From Octopus sinensis (taxonomy: Eukaryota): a stretch of DNA of 64,000 nucleotides. Each line of letters begins with the position of its first letter. The stretch's first letter is position 1. The translations under genes and the position numbers were made by a program. Positions 1 to 13,519 of this stretch are shown piece by piece. The notes under the pieces are model-generated. The model did not search any database, was not told the DNA's origin, and saw only the letters and a program-made list of their open reading frames with translations. The DNA is taken from contig NC_042997.1 in assembly GCF_006345805.1 (NCBI RefSeq), forward strand, positions 132,618,001 through 132,682,000. The letters are read 5' to 3'.

Positions 1-175
1 TCACAAACTGTTCACTTTTCTTGGTTTCTTCTCTGTTAACCTTTACATTTCTTGCTTCCAGCGGCGTAGCTGCCTTTGCTGCAGCAGTTTTTGCGTAGCT
101 TTCTATGCTACGCTTTCCCTCACCCAAAATGGGGAGAAAAAGAGCATATGGATATATGTTCTCCTGTGCGTTTGC

Positions 176-538
<363 letters not shown>

Positions 539-551
539 GAAAGAGAGAGAG

Positions 552-946
552 AGAGCAATAAGAAAATGGAGAGGATCAGTAGGTGGTATTCATCAACTTT
601 TAGACATTATATTACGTCAATTTATTTATTTATTTACTAAAATGACAATTATAACAATATACATACATGTATAACATATTATGCTTTACATATATAATAC
701 ATAAAGATATCAGTAATTATCAAAATATATAACATACAGGAATACATTATCCCAATTTCTATTCCTGTATGTTATATATTTTAATAATTACTGATATCTT
801 TATATATTATATATGTAAAGCATAATGTGTTATACATGTATATTGTTATAATTGTCATTTTAGTAAATAAATAAATAAATTGATGTAATATAATATCTAA
901 AAGTTGATGAACCACCTATTGATCTCCTCCATTTTCTTATTGCTCT
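552..946. repeat. Long inverted repeat (foldback), arms ~552-744 and ~760-946, 15-nt loop
   Basis: agagcaataagaaaatggagagg...catacaggaata is the reverse complement of tattcctgtatg...attttcttattgctct, with scattered mismatches and small indels. Confidence 0.93.
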
Positions 947-1120
947 ATAAATTGATGGTAAAATAACTCTTTACCCTCACCCATTTAGTACACTCGGTAA
1001 TGTAATTGCAATGCAATAAAAAGCACTTGTGTATTAATAACTGGGTATTCTACCAGCAGTATATTGGATAGATATTGTCCCTAAGTTGGTTGGATTCACA
1101 ATCCCTAACTTTCTTGGAAT

Positions 1121-1157
<37 letters not shown>

Positions 1158-1394
1158 TATATACACGTACATACATTCATATATATATATAATATATATA
1201 TATATGCATACATACACACACACACACATATATAAACATGAATATACATTCAGCATATAAAGGCAGTATGTGTGAGTGCATTGCAGAGAGAGAGAGAGAG
1301 AAAGAGAGAGAAAGAGAGAGAGAAAGCGAGTGAGAAATGGTGGGCGATTTTATGCTTGCAAACTATAATAATGTAGCGTCTAAATAAAGTGTAG

Positions 1395-1432
<38 letters not shown>

Positions 1433-1452
1433 ATACATATATGCATGTGTCT

Positions 1453-1512
<60 letters not shown>

Positions 1513-2393
1513 GTGTGTGCGTGTGTTAGTTTGTATGTGTGGGTGTGTGTTTGTGCAACACAAACGAGTTTCTACATATTATTTTTAAAAATACGAAAAA
1601 TGTAGTAATATAAATCTATGAAATGGTACATGAATGCGACTAAAGAAGTTGGAAATGGATTTGTCTGAAAAAGACACGTTCTTGATCTTCGACAAAGGTT
1701 AAATAAAAAAAAAAATTAAAACGCATGAAATTATTCTCAATATGTATATACATAATAGCATGTATGTATATTAATATACATACACACGCGCGCATGTGAG
1801 AAGAGTTTGTTAAAATGAGTCGTTCAGAAAACACGCTTTTTTTTTTTATTATAAAAATATACGCGTTGATTTTTGAAGTCATATTTTCACGTCGGCATTG
1901 CAGTGAAAGAGCTGTCACAATAAACCCAAGGAACTGTTTACTTAACTTCCTTTGTTACTTTCATTGTTATATATCGACTTAATTAAATTTTTTCATTTAT
2001 TTTCTTTGATCATGCTTGTCTTTCTGCTTAGGTATTATATGAAAGGCAAATAAACCGAAACTTCCAAGTCGTTGTTGACCTTTTATAAATATGTACTGTA
2101 ATAAACATGTACTCTACTAAAAAGGTTTGAGTAATCTTTTAGTCTAGTGCTAAATTGATTTTATATATAACCTGACATAAAAACAAATACGTATATACAG
2201 TGTGTAATCAGTATAATACTCAGGAAAAGAGTACTTTCAATAAGAGAAATATTATTATGCATGTAACAGCTTCAAGCCATGACCAGATGAGAAATTAGTG
2301 TACATACATAGACACTCAAATCCTCCACCGTGTACTTTATGGAAGCTGGTTTACTTCGTTTGCAAACGGGCATTCTGAATACCTTTAATTTAA

Positions 2394-2625
2394 GGTGGCG
2401 AGCTGGCAGAATCGTTAGCACGCCGGGCGAAATGCTCTTGGGTATTTCGTCCGCCGCTGCGTTCTGAGTTCAAATTCCGCCGAGGTCGACTTTGCCTTTC
2501 ATCCTTTCGGGGTCGATAAAATTAAGTACCAGTTACACACTGGGGTCGATGTAATCGACTTAATCCGTTTATCTGTCCTTGTTTGTTCCCTCTATGTTTA
2601 GCCCCTTGTGGGCAATAAAGAAATA
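2394..2625 (+). mobile_element. SINE family A (tail A1)
   Basis: ggtggcgagctggcagaatcgttagc head, gttctgagttcaaattcc B-box-like motif, tail gccccttgtgggcaataaagaaat; probable TSD attctraatacctt (2372-2385 / 2628-2641); more than 10 homologues in the window. Confidence 0.9.
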
Positions 2626-3571
2626 CGATTCTAAATACCTTCCGATGAAGATACCTTTATGGGAGCAGACGGATATGAGGTGCAAAGAAGTTGTGTGTTC
2701 TCTGATAAGATTAAATACGTAAAAAGTCAAAAACAAACCAGTGTAACAATATGAATAGGAAAAGAAATATTTAATGAAAAAAACCTTGTATTTAGTAACA
2801 CAGCTAAGGATTTCTTTAATCTAAAAGATTACCGTTTTCCGCCAGGGAATAAGTGCAGTAAAATATTATATTGAACAGTGTTAAGATGATTATGTAGTGT
2901 TTATTATTAACTTTTGAATGATGAAATAATGTATTTCACTCATAATTATTATATTATGAGTTAAATTAAATTCAATCGTGTTTGTTTTGTTTTGAAGAGA
3001 TTTATATAAAGCTTTAACTTTTTTTATTATGGTAGTAACTATGGAAGACTGGTGGTATTATTATTTGTATGAACTTAAAGATTGGTCGCTAGTTATCATA
3101 TAATTTAGTTATTGCAAGTTTCCTGTTAATATTCATACGATGTACATTCGTTTATGTGTTTCTTTTTTGTAGTTTTATTAAAGTTTGTGTTTAATCCTGC
3201 CTATATATTGATTGATTGTAATAATGTGGTTATTAAGCTTTACTTTTATATTATACTATGGAAGACGACAGGTAATATAATTTTGTAGGACTAAAGGATT
3301 GGTCGCTGTATAGTTATGTATTAAGGAGTTGGTTGTTAATTTACTTATTGAATTTATTTACCGATACGGTAAAGTTGTGGTTTCTTTGGTATGTTTCTTC
3401 GCAAACAATACTTATTTTAATGCTATTGACACCGCCGGATTGAATGGTACTGCCTAGGTGTTGAAACCATAATGATATCCATGGGGCAGCTGATGTTGGA
3501 GGTATGTTGGATTGTTAGTATGGTTGTTTTTTGTATCTGTGGAATAACACGTCCTTTATAACACATCCTTT

Positions 3572-3640
<69 letters not shown>

Positions 3641-4421
3641 ACAATGTTTCCATTGCTTTGTTAGTACATTAGGGTAGAAGAGATGGATGGTAATTTTAGT
3701 CCGTCGTTCTGTTCACATTGCTACATCGATTTTGGTTCGTTTTAGCCAAGTTTACTTTTTTGCAAGTTGTGTCGGATCGCCGGTCCGAGACTAACTTCAT
3801 CCTCTTCTTCCTACCAATCACACATACCATTGAAAAAGGGATATTCCGTCCCCTTCTCTCTGACAAACTAATGCAAAATTACGAGGGAAATTTTACTATC
3901 GCTAACAGGTCGGGTATTCTTGTTCTTGTTTTTCTTGTTTTTATTGTTGTATTATGGCCTCTATATAAAAAATGTTGTTTAGCAGAGACACAAATTCAAA
4001 AATCTAGGTGAACTTTATAATGGATTAATGTGATCTAATAATTCATTTTGTTGATCCGTATGCATGAAAGGCAAAGTCATTCGTAGTAAGAGTTGAACTA
4101 AGCAGAACGAACATGAAAGAACGTAAATTCCGGTTGATGAACGTCTATTGGTAAAGCAAATTGCTTTCAAATATTTTTTGATGCGTACTGGTTAAAGAAG
4201 TACTTTGAAGAGCTTGTGAAATTATGGACCGTGTTTTTTGGTTGGTTATTTTAATGACTCGTATTAAGTTTTGTTTAAGGGAGGTTGTTAATAAATTAGA
4301 GATTCGCAAGTTGTGTTAATTTTGATGCCGAGATTTGGAGTGAAATATGTGTATTGTTGTTTCATTTCAGTCATTTTAATTAATGGGACTCAAGACAATT
4401 CAGTGTCAAGTGTGGGTCATA

Positions 4422-5200
4422 TATGTGGGATAACCAAAAGAAATCGGAACTGTACAATGTTATTTTACTCACTTAGTTTTATATGTATACAGTTTTATAG
4501 TCTTCAAAGTATTCTTCAGGCCCTTTTTCCATTTTTCGAAGCAGTGCTGGAACTCTTGTAAAGTGTTGCGTTTTAACGCCTCCGTCGTTTTTTCTTCATC
4601 TCTTCCACATCTAAAAATTCCGTAGCACCAGCTATCGTCACCAGTGATGACCTTCGAAACAGGTCCGGATCAATATCCGACTGTTCTTTTAGTTCACGAC
4701 ACACATTCAGTCGTATATGCTTTTGATCTTCTGTGAGCAAGCGCGGCACAAATTTTGCTGCAACTCTTTTCACTCGCAATTCCTCGCTCAGAATACGCTG
4801 GCAGGAGCTTCAGGATCTACTAACAAATTCTTCAATTGTTTGGTGACGGATTTTCATGTTTTCATTCGTTCGGGAGTTCGTCGGTTGTCCTCAACGAGGC
4901 TGGTCTTCAAGCGACCACTCTTAAAGAGTGAAAACCACTTGTAAACTTGTGTTTTGTTCATGGTAGCGTCCTTGTAAGCTGTATGAAGCATAAGAACTGT
5001 TTCGGCTGCCGTTTTTCCCCAGCAGAAAACAGAATTTCATAGAAGCGCGCTGTTCCTTCGTTTTAGTCATCACAAAAATCGATGAACAGTGCAAAACAAA
5101 GACGCATCACGTGGCAGTACGACTGCGGCGGATGACGCCAGTCGGCAAACTGACGCTGAGTGTTGCATCAAGTGGCTTCTGGCGGCAGAAACCTGAACTA
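4422..5200 (-). mobile_element. Mariner transposon remnant with internal deletion
   Basis: Minus-strand translation EQRASMKFCFLLGK..AETVLMLHTAYKD, then RVAAKFVPRLLTEDQK..CRELK joined to C-terminal FLDVEEMKKK..LQEFQHCFEKWK; TIR-like tatgtgggataaccaaaag at 4422; left/5' TIR not clearly found. Confidence 0.8.
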
Positions 5201-5264
5201 TAACAGGCTTGTCCTACAGAGGACGTTTCCACGTTTCCCGTTACTTTATATATATATGTGTGTG

Positions 5265-7445
5265 TGTATATATATATATAAATTGTTTATATACTCAACA
5301 GATGCAGCAAAGCGGCCTGTCAACGGGCATGTTAGTCCACAGAGTATCAAGGTATGATACGTTAATATGCTTACAGATATATTCCGAAATAGTTAATAAT
5401 ATATCGAATGCCTTACCTGTCTTTGTCTAATATCTTAATGACATTCATTATTTCATCTTCCTCTACTTAATTATTATATTCAACATAAAAATTGTTATAT
5501 TCAACATAAATTATTATATTCAATATAAAGATCCATAGTTACATAATGAAACAATAAAACAGTTGCTAGCTTTTGATTTTTCAACCATTTAACTTTCTTC
5601 AAGCTATTATTACATTAAAAAAAGCATATAGTGACCGATAAGCCCAAAACTTTGGTTACATAAGAGCTCCAGGTTTCTTTTATGATCAAATTAGCAAACC
5701 TAGATTGGTTCCTTCTTTCTAGCTATAAAAATTACGGCTCACTATTTCCTAACAAACCAGCCTTCTATTGATTTATCTCCTATCATTTCTTATAGTAACA
5801 TTATTATGTACAGCTCGATTTCAACTCAAATTAGCTTTGTATTTAGCTTCATATCCAAAATTTATTGTTCATTTGATGACTTCTGAATTTTCCATTGTAT
5901 AACCAAACCATGTATAAGCTTTTTCTTACACCTTCTTATCTTAATTAGAAATCTTTCCTTCCGTTGTTTTAATCTACTTTCTGGTATCTCCTAATCTTTC
6001 GTTATTTAGCTTTAATTCCAATGTATTCATTATCGCACAATTTCTTTTTTACTGAAATCTTATGTATTTGATTTAATAATTCCTTTGTTTTAACATTCAC
6101 TGTTTTCTCAATAACAATTCTTTGTTTACATACATACACATCAATTTGATTTAACTTGTTATAGCTAATGTTATTTTAGAGATAAACGTTTTATTTTATT
6201 TTCTCTTTATATAATTCTATCTAATGCAATGATTTCTGTGTTGTCTTTAATACAGGCGTAGCAGATGTTTATGGAAATGTTTGCGTATGTTTATGTACAC
6301 ATTATGCAATTTTGTATGTTTGTATGTATATATGTGGTGTGTATATATGTATATATATATATAAATTGTTTATATACTCAACAGATGCAGCAAGCGGCCT
6401 GTCAACGGGCATGTTAGTCCACAGAGTATCAAGGTATGATACGTTAATATGCTTACAGATATATTCCGAAATAGTTAATAATATATCGAATGCCTTACCT
6501 GTCTTTGTCTAATATCTTAATGACATTCATTATTTCATCTTCCTCTACTTAATTATTATATTCAACATAAAAATTGTTATATTCAACATAAATTATTATA
6601 TTCAATATAAAGATCCATAGTTACATAATGAAACAATAAAACAGTTGCTAGCTTTTGATTTTTCAACCATTTAACTTTCTTCAAGCTATTATTACATTAA
6701 AAAAAGCATATAGTGACCGATAAGCCCAAAACTTTGGTTACATAAGAGCTCCAGGTTTCTTTTATGATCAAATTAGCAAACCTAGATTGGTTCCTTCTTT
6801 CTAGCTATAAAAATTACGGCTCACTATTTCCTAACAAACCAGCCTTCTATTGATTTATCTCCTATCATTTCTTATAGTAACATTATTATGTACAGCTCGA
6901 TTTCAACTCAAATTAGCTTTGTATTTAGCTTCATATCCAAAATTTATTGTTCATTTGATGACTTCTGAATTTTCCATTGTATAACCAAACCATGTATAAG
7001 CTTTTTCTTACACCTTCTTATCTTAATTAGAAATCTTTCCTTCCGTTGTTTTAATCTACTTTCTGGTATCTCCTAATCTTTCGTTATTTAGCTTTAATTC
7101 CAATGTATTCATTATCGCACAATTTCTTTTTTACTGAAATCTTATGTATTTGATTTAATAATTCCTTTGTTTTAACATCCACTGTTTTCTCAATAACAAT
7201 TCTTTGTTTACATACATACACATCAATTTGATTTAACTTGTTATAGCTAATGTTATTTTAAGAGATAAACGTTTTATTTTATTTTCTCTTTATATAATTC
7301 TATCTAATGCAATGATTTCTGTGTTGTCTTTAATACAGGCGTAGCAGATGTTTATGGAAATGTTTGCGTATGTTTATGTACACATTATGCAATTTTGTAT
7401 GTTTGTATGTATATATGTGGTGTGTATATATGTATATATATATAT
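5265..7445. repeat. Tandem duplication, unit 1083 bp, two copies
   Basis: aaattgtttatatactcaacag starts at 5280 and 6363; the copies differ at only a few positions seen (two 1-nt indels, one substitution). Confidence 0.96.
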
Positions 7446-7907
7446 AATATATACATATATACACACACAAACACATACGCACACTGACACAGACATGTAT
7501 ATGATATGCATATGCATATGTGCATGGATCGTGTGTATATATACGTCTACACATATTCATACATACGTACACATATAAATAAATACACACATAAATACAT
7601 AAATACATATACATATGTACCTATATATACGTATATATGTATATATGTATACATATATACATATATATGTATATATGTATAAATATAAATATAAATATAA
7701 AATCTATATATATATACACATACATACATACATACATACATACATACATACATACATGCATACATACATACGTGTTGTGTGTGTGTGTGTGTGTATTACT
7801 GAAGTCTAATAAACAGTGGGAACAGAAGCTTTGTTCCACATATTCTGATATATGTAAACACTAACAGATCTTGTTTCCTGACATGAATTGTGTACATGTT
7901 CTTGTAG

Positions 7908-8109
7908 TAATCAGAGTTTACCATCGTCTTCGTTCGATATTGAAAAAGAAAAATATTTCAGCAGTTTGCCTACAGAAGTAGTAGAAGGACCACGGCAATC
8001 TTCTACTCTCCTTCTGCGTGCAAACAAGCTTATTGAGAAACTTATTAGTGGAAGCCAAAATAAAATGAAATTTAAAAGTATCATACAAATAGTAGACTAT
8101 AGCCAGTGG
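7908..8109 (+). CDS. Candidate exon of unidentified host gene (NQSLPSSSF...QIVDYSQW)
   Basis: ttcttgtAG acceptor, G|GTATGA donor, open frame in non-repetitive sequence. Confidence 0.35.
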
Positions 8110-8286
8110 GTATGATTAAATAACATGCTTATGAATAACAATTACATGCATTTTGATCCAGTATTATTCAATGGAATGAACAGCTTGAACAAAAATGCTT
8201 ATGAAAACAATATGTACGCAATAATTACAATACTGTCGTATTTCTCTATCGCGAAGAGCAGTCATATTCGTCTTATATCATTCCAC

Positions 8287-8681
8287 GTGACCTTGCAGGT
8301 GGGGCCCAGTTAGAATTTTCTTCGAGTAAAGTAGCCCATCCCACTCAAAAGTTCGTTGAATAAGGATTGTTGAAGGATGTTCAACGAAACACCCATGTTT
8401 CCAGAGGTGAATTATTCAAACCCCAAAGGGTTCCTCTTAACACATAACTATGAATGCTCTCCCACTACTTCTGCTCGTGATCAGAAATGCACATATCGTC
8501 AGCCACTAAGGGACATGCTCAACTGGTTAAGGTCAAACAACTGACAAGCAAATCTGTGGCATTGAGCTGAATATTTGCTGTAGCCCATCCGTTATACCAA
8601 GACAAAACAATATACATGATATCACTTCCAATCATTTACCTCAAAAACCATGAGGACCACCGCCTGGTACTGCATCATGGC

Positions 8682-8683
<2 letters not shown>
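8287..8683 (-). mobile_element. Non-coding (TAA)n-associated repeat, homologous to 23389-23894
   Basis: Reverse complement aligns to 23389-23760 (gattggaagtg..gatgggctacagcaaatatt..gaaaattctaactgggccccacc). Confidence 0.85.
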
Positions 8684-8684
<1 letters not shown>

Positions 8685-8754
<70 letters not shown>

Positions 8755-8760
8755 GCTGCT

Positions 8761-8792
<32 letters not shown>

Positions 8793-8920
8793 TGCTGTTG
8801 TTGTTGTTGTTGTTGTCGTCATCGTCGTCGTCGTCGTTGTTGCTATTGTTGCTATTATCATGATTATTAATATTGTTGTTGTGGTTGTTATTATTATCAC
8901 TATTTTCATTATCATCTTCT
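8685..8920. repeat. Compound triplet microsatellite (ATT)n(GTT)n(GCT)n(GTC)n
   Basis: Direct reading. Confidence 0.95.
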
Positions 8921-10530
8921 TTCAATACTGTCTCCATTTCTTACCGAGTATCTTACCGACACCTAGGGCAGAGAAGCACACTGTGTACATTGGTAGGCCA
9001 TTAAGGTAAACACTCCAGATTATTCATTTACAAAGTCGTATGTCAGAGAAAAGGGGGAAGAGGAGAGAGAGAGAAAAAAATGAAAAAATTATAAATAGAA
9101 AATTAAATAAATAAAATAAAGGGGGTAAAGGAAAGAAAATTCACAACTACAATGGTCTTCTCAATACTTGTGACGTTTCAGTTAAGACAATCTTTCGGAC
9201 TCCCTGCATGGATGGTAAGTGAGGGATCATTCTTAAATAATTTTCAGTTCCATTTTTGATCATTCCAAGTGCTCCTACAACCACTGGCATGGTAACCGTC
9301 TTGAGATGCCACATCTTTTCGATTTCAATTAGATCTTTATATTTTCTGAGCTTATCAAATTCATTTGCCGAGATATTATTGCCACAGGGTATACTCATGT
9401 CAATCACTAAACAGATTTTATTGCTTTTGTCTTTCGCAACAGTATCTGGTTTTATCCTGATGGTCCGGCCTGAATATACTGGAAAGTCTCAACGAATAGT
9501 TACATTTTCTCCCAAAGTTATAGTAAAAGAGCAAAATGGTGCTTGTACCATTTGTCAGCAGTTTGTATTTTATAATGCCGACACATTATCCAATGTAGAT
9601 ATTGACCAATTCTGTTATGTCTTGATTTGTACTCTACAGGTGCTAAAAACTTACATCCAGAGATTAGGTGGTCCACTGTTTCAATTCCTTCGTTGCAGTA
9701 TCGGCACTTTGGGTCTACGCTATTTTCCATCATATTAGCTTGATAGTTTCGGGCCAATAAGCTCTGATCTTGAGTAGCCAAGACAAAGCCTTCACTCTCT
9801 GCCTTTAGCCTTCTTTCATACTCTTCTATCCGCCTTCCATTATGTTGTTCAACCAAGGTATTATGCATAAACTCGCTAGAATTTTTTTTTGCTATTCTAC
9901 ATAACTGAATGAAGCTTTTTATGTCGTTCGTGGTTTTCAACGAGCTTTAGCATCCAGTTGTTAGACGTTCCAAGATATTTTACCAGTCCACTTGTGGTGA
10001 TTTTGTAAGAGATTTCAAACTGGATCAAGCCTTGACCTTCTTGAGCTCTGGGTAGGTCAAATGATCTGTGTCCGTCTTTGGGCGGTGCATCTTAATACAA
10101 TCTTCTCTTTCATGCGTGCATGTTGACTGCCAGAGCCATCATTTATTTCAAGGTATTTGTAAGTTTGTTCCTGCTCGGGTTCTCTTATGACTGTCAACAT
10201 CCAACACCACTGAAAGTGAGATCTTTAATTTCCCTTTCTGGAAAGTAGCCTTGGCATACTTATGAAGACCAAAGTACATCCCAAGTTCATCACTTAATGT
10301 TTTCACAGTACGTAGCAGGCCTTCAAGCTTATTATCGTCTTTGCTATAGAGTTTTATGTAATCCATATAAGATAGATTACTTATTTTCCTGTCGCCAATT
10401 TTATATCCAGTTCCAGTTCTGTTAAGTTCACTTGTAAACGGTATTAGGGCTATGGAGAAAATTAAAAGTGACAGTGAGTCACACTGGAAAATGCCGTAGT
10501 TGATATTAATATGTTTTGTGGTCAGTACTC

Positions 10531-10531
<1 letters not shown>
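8921..10531 (-). mobile_element. 5'-truncated degenerate R4/Dong-like non-LTR retrotransposon
   Basis: RT motifs GIFQCDSLS and YMDYIKLY; CCHC knuckle CRYC..ETVDHLISGC; RLE region IDMSIP..KLRKYKDL; flanked by (AAT)n-type arrays. Confidence 0.92.
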
Positions 10532-10599
<68 letters not shown>

Positions 10600-10700
10600 C
10601 ATCATCATCATCATCATCATCCTCATCATCATCATCATCGTCGTCGTTGTCGTCGTCGTCGTCGTCATCGTCGTCGTCGTTGTTGTTGTTGTTGTTGTTG

Positions 10701-10744
<44 letters not shown>

Positions 10745-10745
10745 G
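10532..10745. repeat. Compound triplet microsatellite (ATT)n(CAT)n(CGT)n(GTT)n(ATT)n
   Basis: Direct reading. Confidence 0.95.
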
Positions 10746-11045
10746 CAGACGCATGACCTAGGGTGTTGCACGCGCAATTGCGAGATTGTGGTTTCATTTT
10801 CTAGACCAGGTGGTGCGTTGTGTTCGTCGGCAAAACACTTCATCTCACGTTGCTTTGCAATCACTTCAACACCTGACGCGTGTTACGCGGTACATCGTAC
10901 ACCTGTTCAGAGAACGTCGATTTGATGGCGAGAGTGAGCTAATGTGCGACACGAGCATTTGATCACTCTAAACAAATCATTTGTGCAGGTCGTCTCGCGA
11001 ATAATGAACATTTATACGTCTTCATCCACAGGAGAATCCATCATC
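10745..11045 (+). mobile_element. Diverged SINE of family D type
   Basis: Degenerate tRNA-like head plus core gttgtgttcgtcggcaaaacacttcatctcacgttgct resembling 29255-29295. Confidence 0.55.
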
Positions 11046-11516
11046 ACCATCATCATCATTATTATGTGTTTTATACTTTTTGATGATAACAGGAGTGTTA
11101 TGCCTCCAGTTTGACGGATATAATACCATGTTATTCTTTCGTTCGTTTCAGCAAATGTGTATTTCAGTTCTGACCAAATGCCTTACTGCTTACTTAGTGA
11201 CCGTACAATAAAGAATGAGATCGTCGTCTGACTTTTGAATAAATCTGTTACAAGAAGTTTTAAAAAGGCCAAAGAACACGCTAAATGTCTCCTGCTGGTT
11301 CTTTTGATATACATTTTAAAATATGCTCCTCGTTTCTGGCAAACGTTGGCTTATTGTCTTGCAGTATGAAAAGAAATTGTTTATTTGTAAATGTTACTGA
11401 ATACAAAATAGCAAATACAAATCTATTACGAATACATTCATATATACAAACATATTTACATAAATGTCTGCTCACGGTTCTCGCAGACGCATGACTGGTC
11501 ACATTCACTGTAACAG

Positions 11517-11555
11517 ACAGACAATCGGCTGAAGAACAAGAGAGCTGGACAGCAG
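11517..11555 (+). CDS. Candidate 39-nt exon
   Basis: ctgtaacAG acceptor, CAG|GTAAGT consensus donor; two frames open. Confidence 0.3.
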
Positions 11556-11875
11556 GTAAGTCGAATGAAAGTTATTCTTGTGCATACCATTTGTTCCTTG
11601 CATCGGCTTTCGTCTCCATTTCATATATACAATTAATGCTTAAAGGATGATTCAAAGAACCGTATATGAAGCAATAAATCTTTACGTGAATTACCATTCG
11701 TGCACACACACACACATATATATATATATTTACATTCATTAACACACATACTTACATATATATATATACACATGCATATATAAATATATTTGTATATATA
11801 TATATATATATATATGTATACACAGATATGTATATATATGTAAATACACATATATATTTACATGCATTGACACAC

Positions 11876-11946
<71 letters not shown>

Positions 11947-12241
11947 AATATATTTTACATACATACACGCACACATTTATACATACATATAGGTGCATAC
12001 ATGTATGTAAATACATACAAACACACACACATATACCTTTACTTATAAATATATTTACATACATTGACACTCATACATATTTATGAAAATGTATATATAT
12101 ATAAATATATTTGTAGATATACATTTATGTGTATATATATATATATTTTACATGCATACATACACACACACACTTACATGCAAAGAGTCATACATACATG
12201 CATACATACATACATATACATATAAAATATATACATGTGTC

Positions 12242-12288
<47 letters not shown>

Positions 12289-13284
12289 TGCTTTATTCCC
12301 TGAATAACATTCGGGAATGTTATTCTGAAACTGTATCTGTCAATCAGAAAATCTCTAAGTACCAGTTCCTTTACAGCGGGTATTTCAGTAACAGTACTAT
12401 ATTGAAATTCTTCCATTTCAGTATAATTATCCACTTTCTCTATTTGCTTGCAGTGACGAAAATCTATTTACTATATCGATTTTTTAGTCACTAACTTCTA
12501 ACATACTTCCAAAGTGAATGCATGTATGAATTTTATGGGTACTTCTGAGTAGGTAATTTGATAATTATCTGCCAGATCGTGTTTGTTTGTTGCATGTGGA
12601 CTTAGTTATTTCCAAATATGAAATATATCCATAACACGCATTCAAAATAAGCGTTCGAAATATTTTTACGAGAGGGAACTGGGAATTAAGACGTATGAAT
12701 ATATCATATATAATTTTTTATATCTTAATACTAACAATAAACTGGATTATAAACACCATTATAAGAATACTCAGATTTTACGATAGCAATCATTATTGGA
12801 CAGAAAGTTTTTGGGGAAAGAAAAATACAATGGAATATGTACTTTTGGAATGAAAGTAGTTTTAAGTCATCTGAATGTAGAATTCAAATATATCCACTTA
12901 TCTGCAATTTTGTTTTTCCGATATCAAGTATCTAGTAGTTTTCGAAGTTTCAGTTGCTATTAGCAAATTTATGAGTTGACATATAAAAAAATATAAGAGA
13001 TATAGAACCATCAGATAGAGTAAAGAAATGGTGCATAAACGGATGAATATAGTCTGCTATTGTTATTTAAAACGTGAACATGTCACGTGAAGTGAAATAA
13101 GAGTATATAGTTATGTAGTCATATTTAACATGTAAAAATATGATGGTACATAAGTATATTTCATTTAACAGTACGTTTTTCGCCTCTAATTCATGTATTA
13201 CAGTTTTGAAGAAGGGGTGTTTACGATGACAAACAAATGAAAGCAACTAGTTTCATTTCATAATTTAGCACATTGTAAAGCGAA

Positions 13285-13480
13285 GAGCTAGCCGAATCGT
13301 TAGCATTCTGAGCAAATTGCTTAGCGGCAATTGCGTTCTGAATTCAAATTCGCCGTGGTCAACTTCGCTTTTACCCTTTCGAAGGACAAAAAATAAGTAC
13401 CAGTTGAGCACTGGGGTCTATTTCATTGACTTGGCCCCTCACTCGATATTGGCGAAATTGTGCTGAAATTTGAAACCATT
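13285..13480 (+). mobile_element. Diverged SINE family A
   Basis: gaatcgttagc..gcgttctgaattcaaatt..taagtaccagttgagcactgggg. Confidence 0.75.
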
Positions 13481-13519
13481 CACACATTACAAAATAAGTT
13501 TTAAGGCAGCGAGTAAAAA

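Noticed and set aside
785-835. CTGATAT followed by a hairpin in the 552-946 foldback as a hammerhead
   Set aside because: Core is not CUGAnGA or UUGAnAA and no GAAA follows
8616-9009. Poly-C/poly-Y/poly-N/poly-T ORFs here and at 10500-10925, 45460-45831, 60331-60540
   Set aside because: Triplet repeat artefacts
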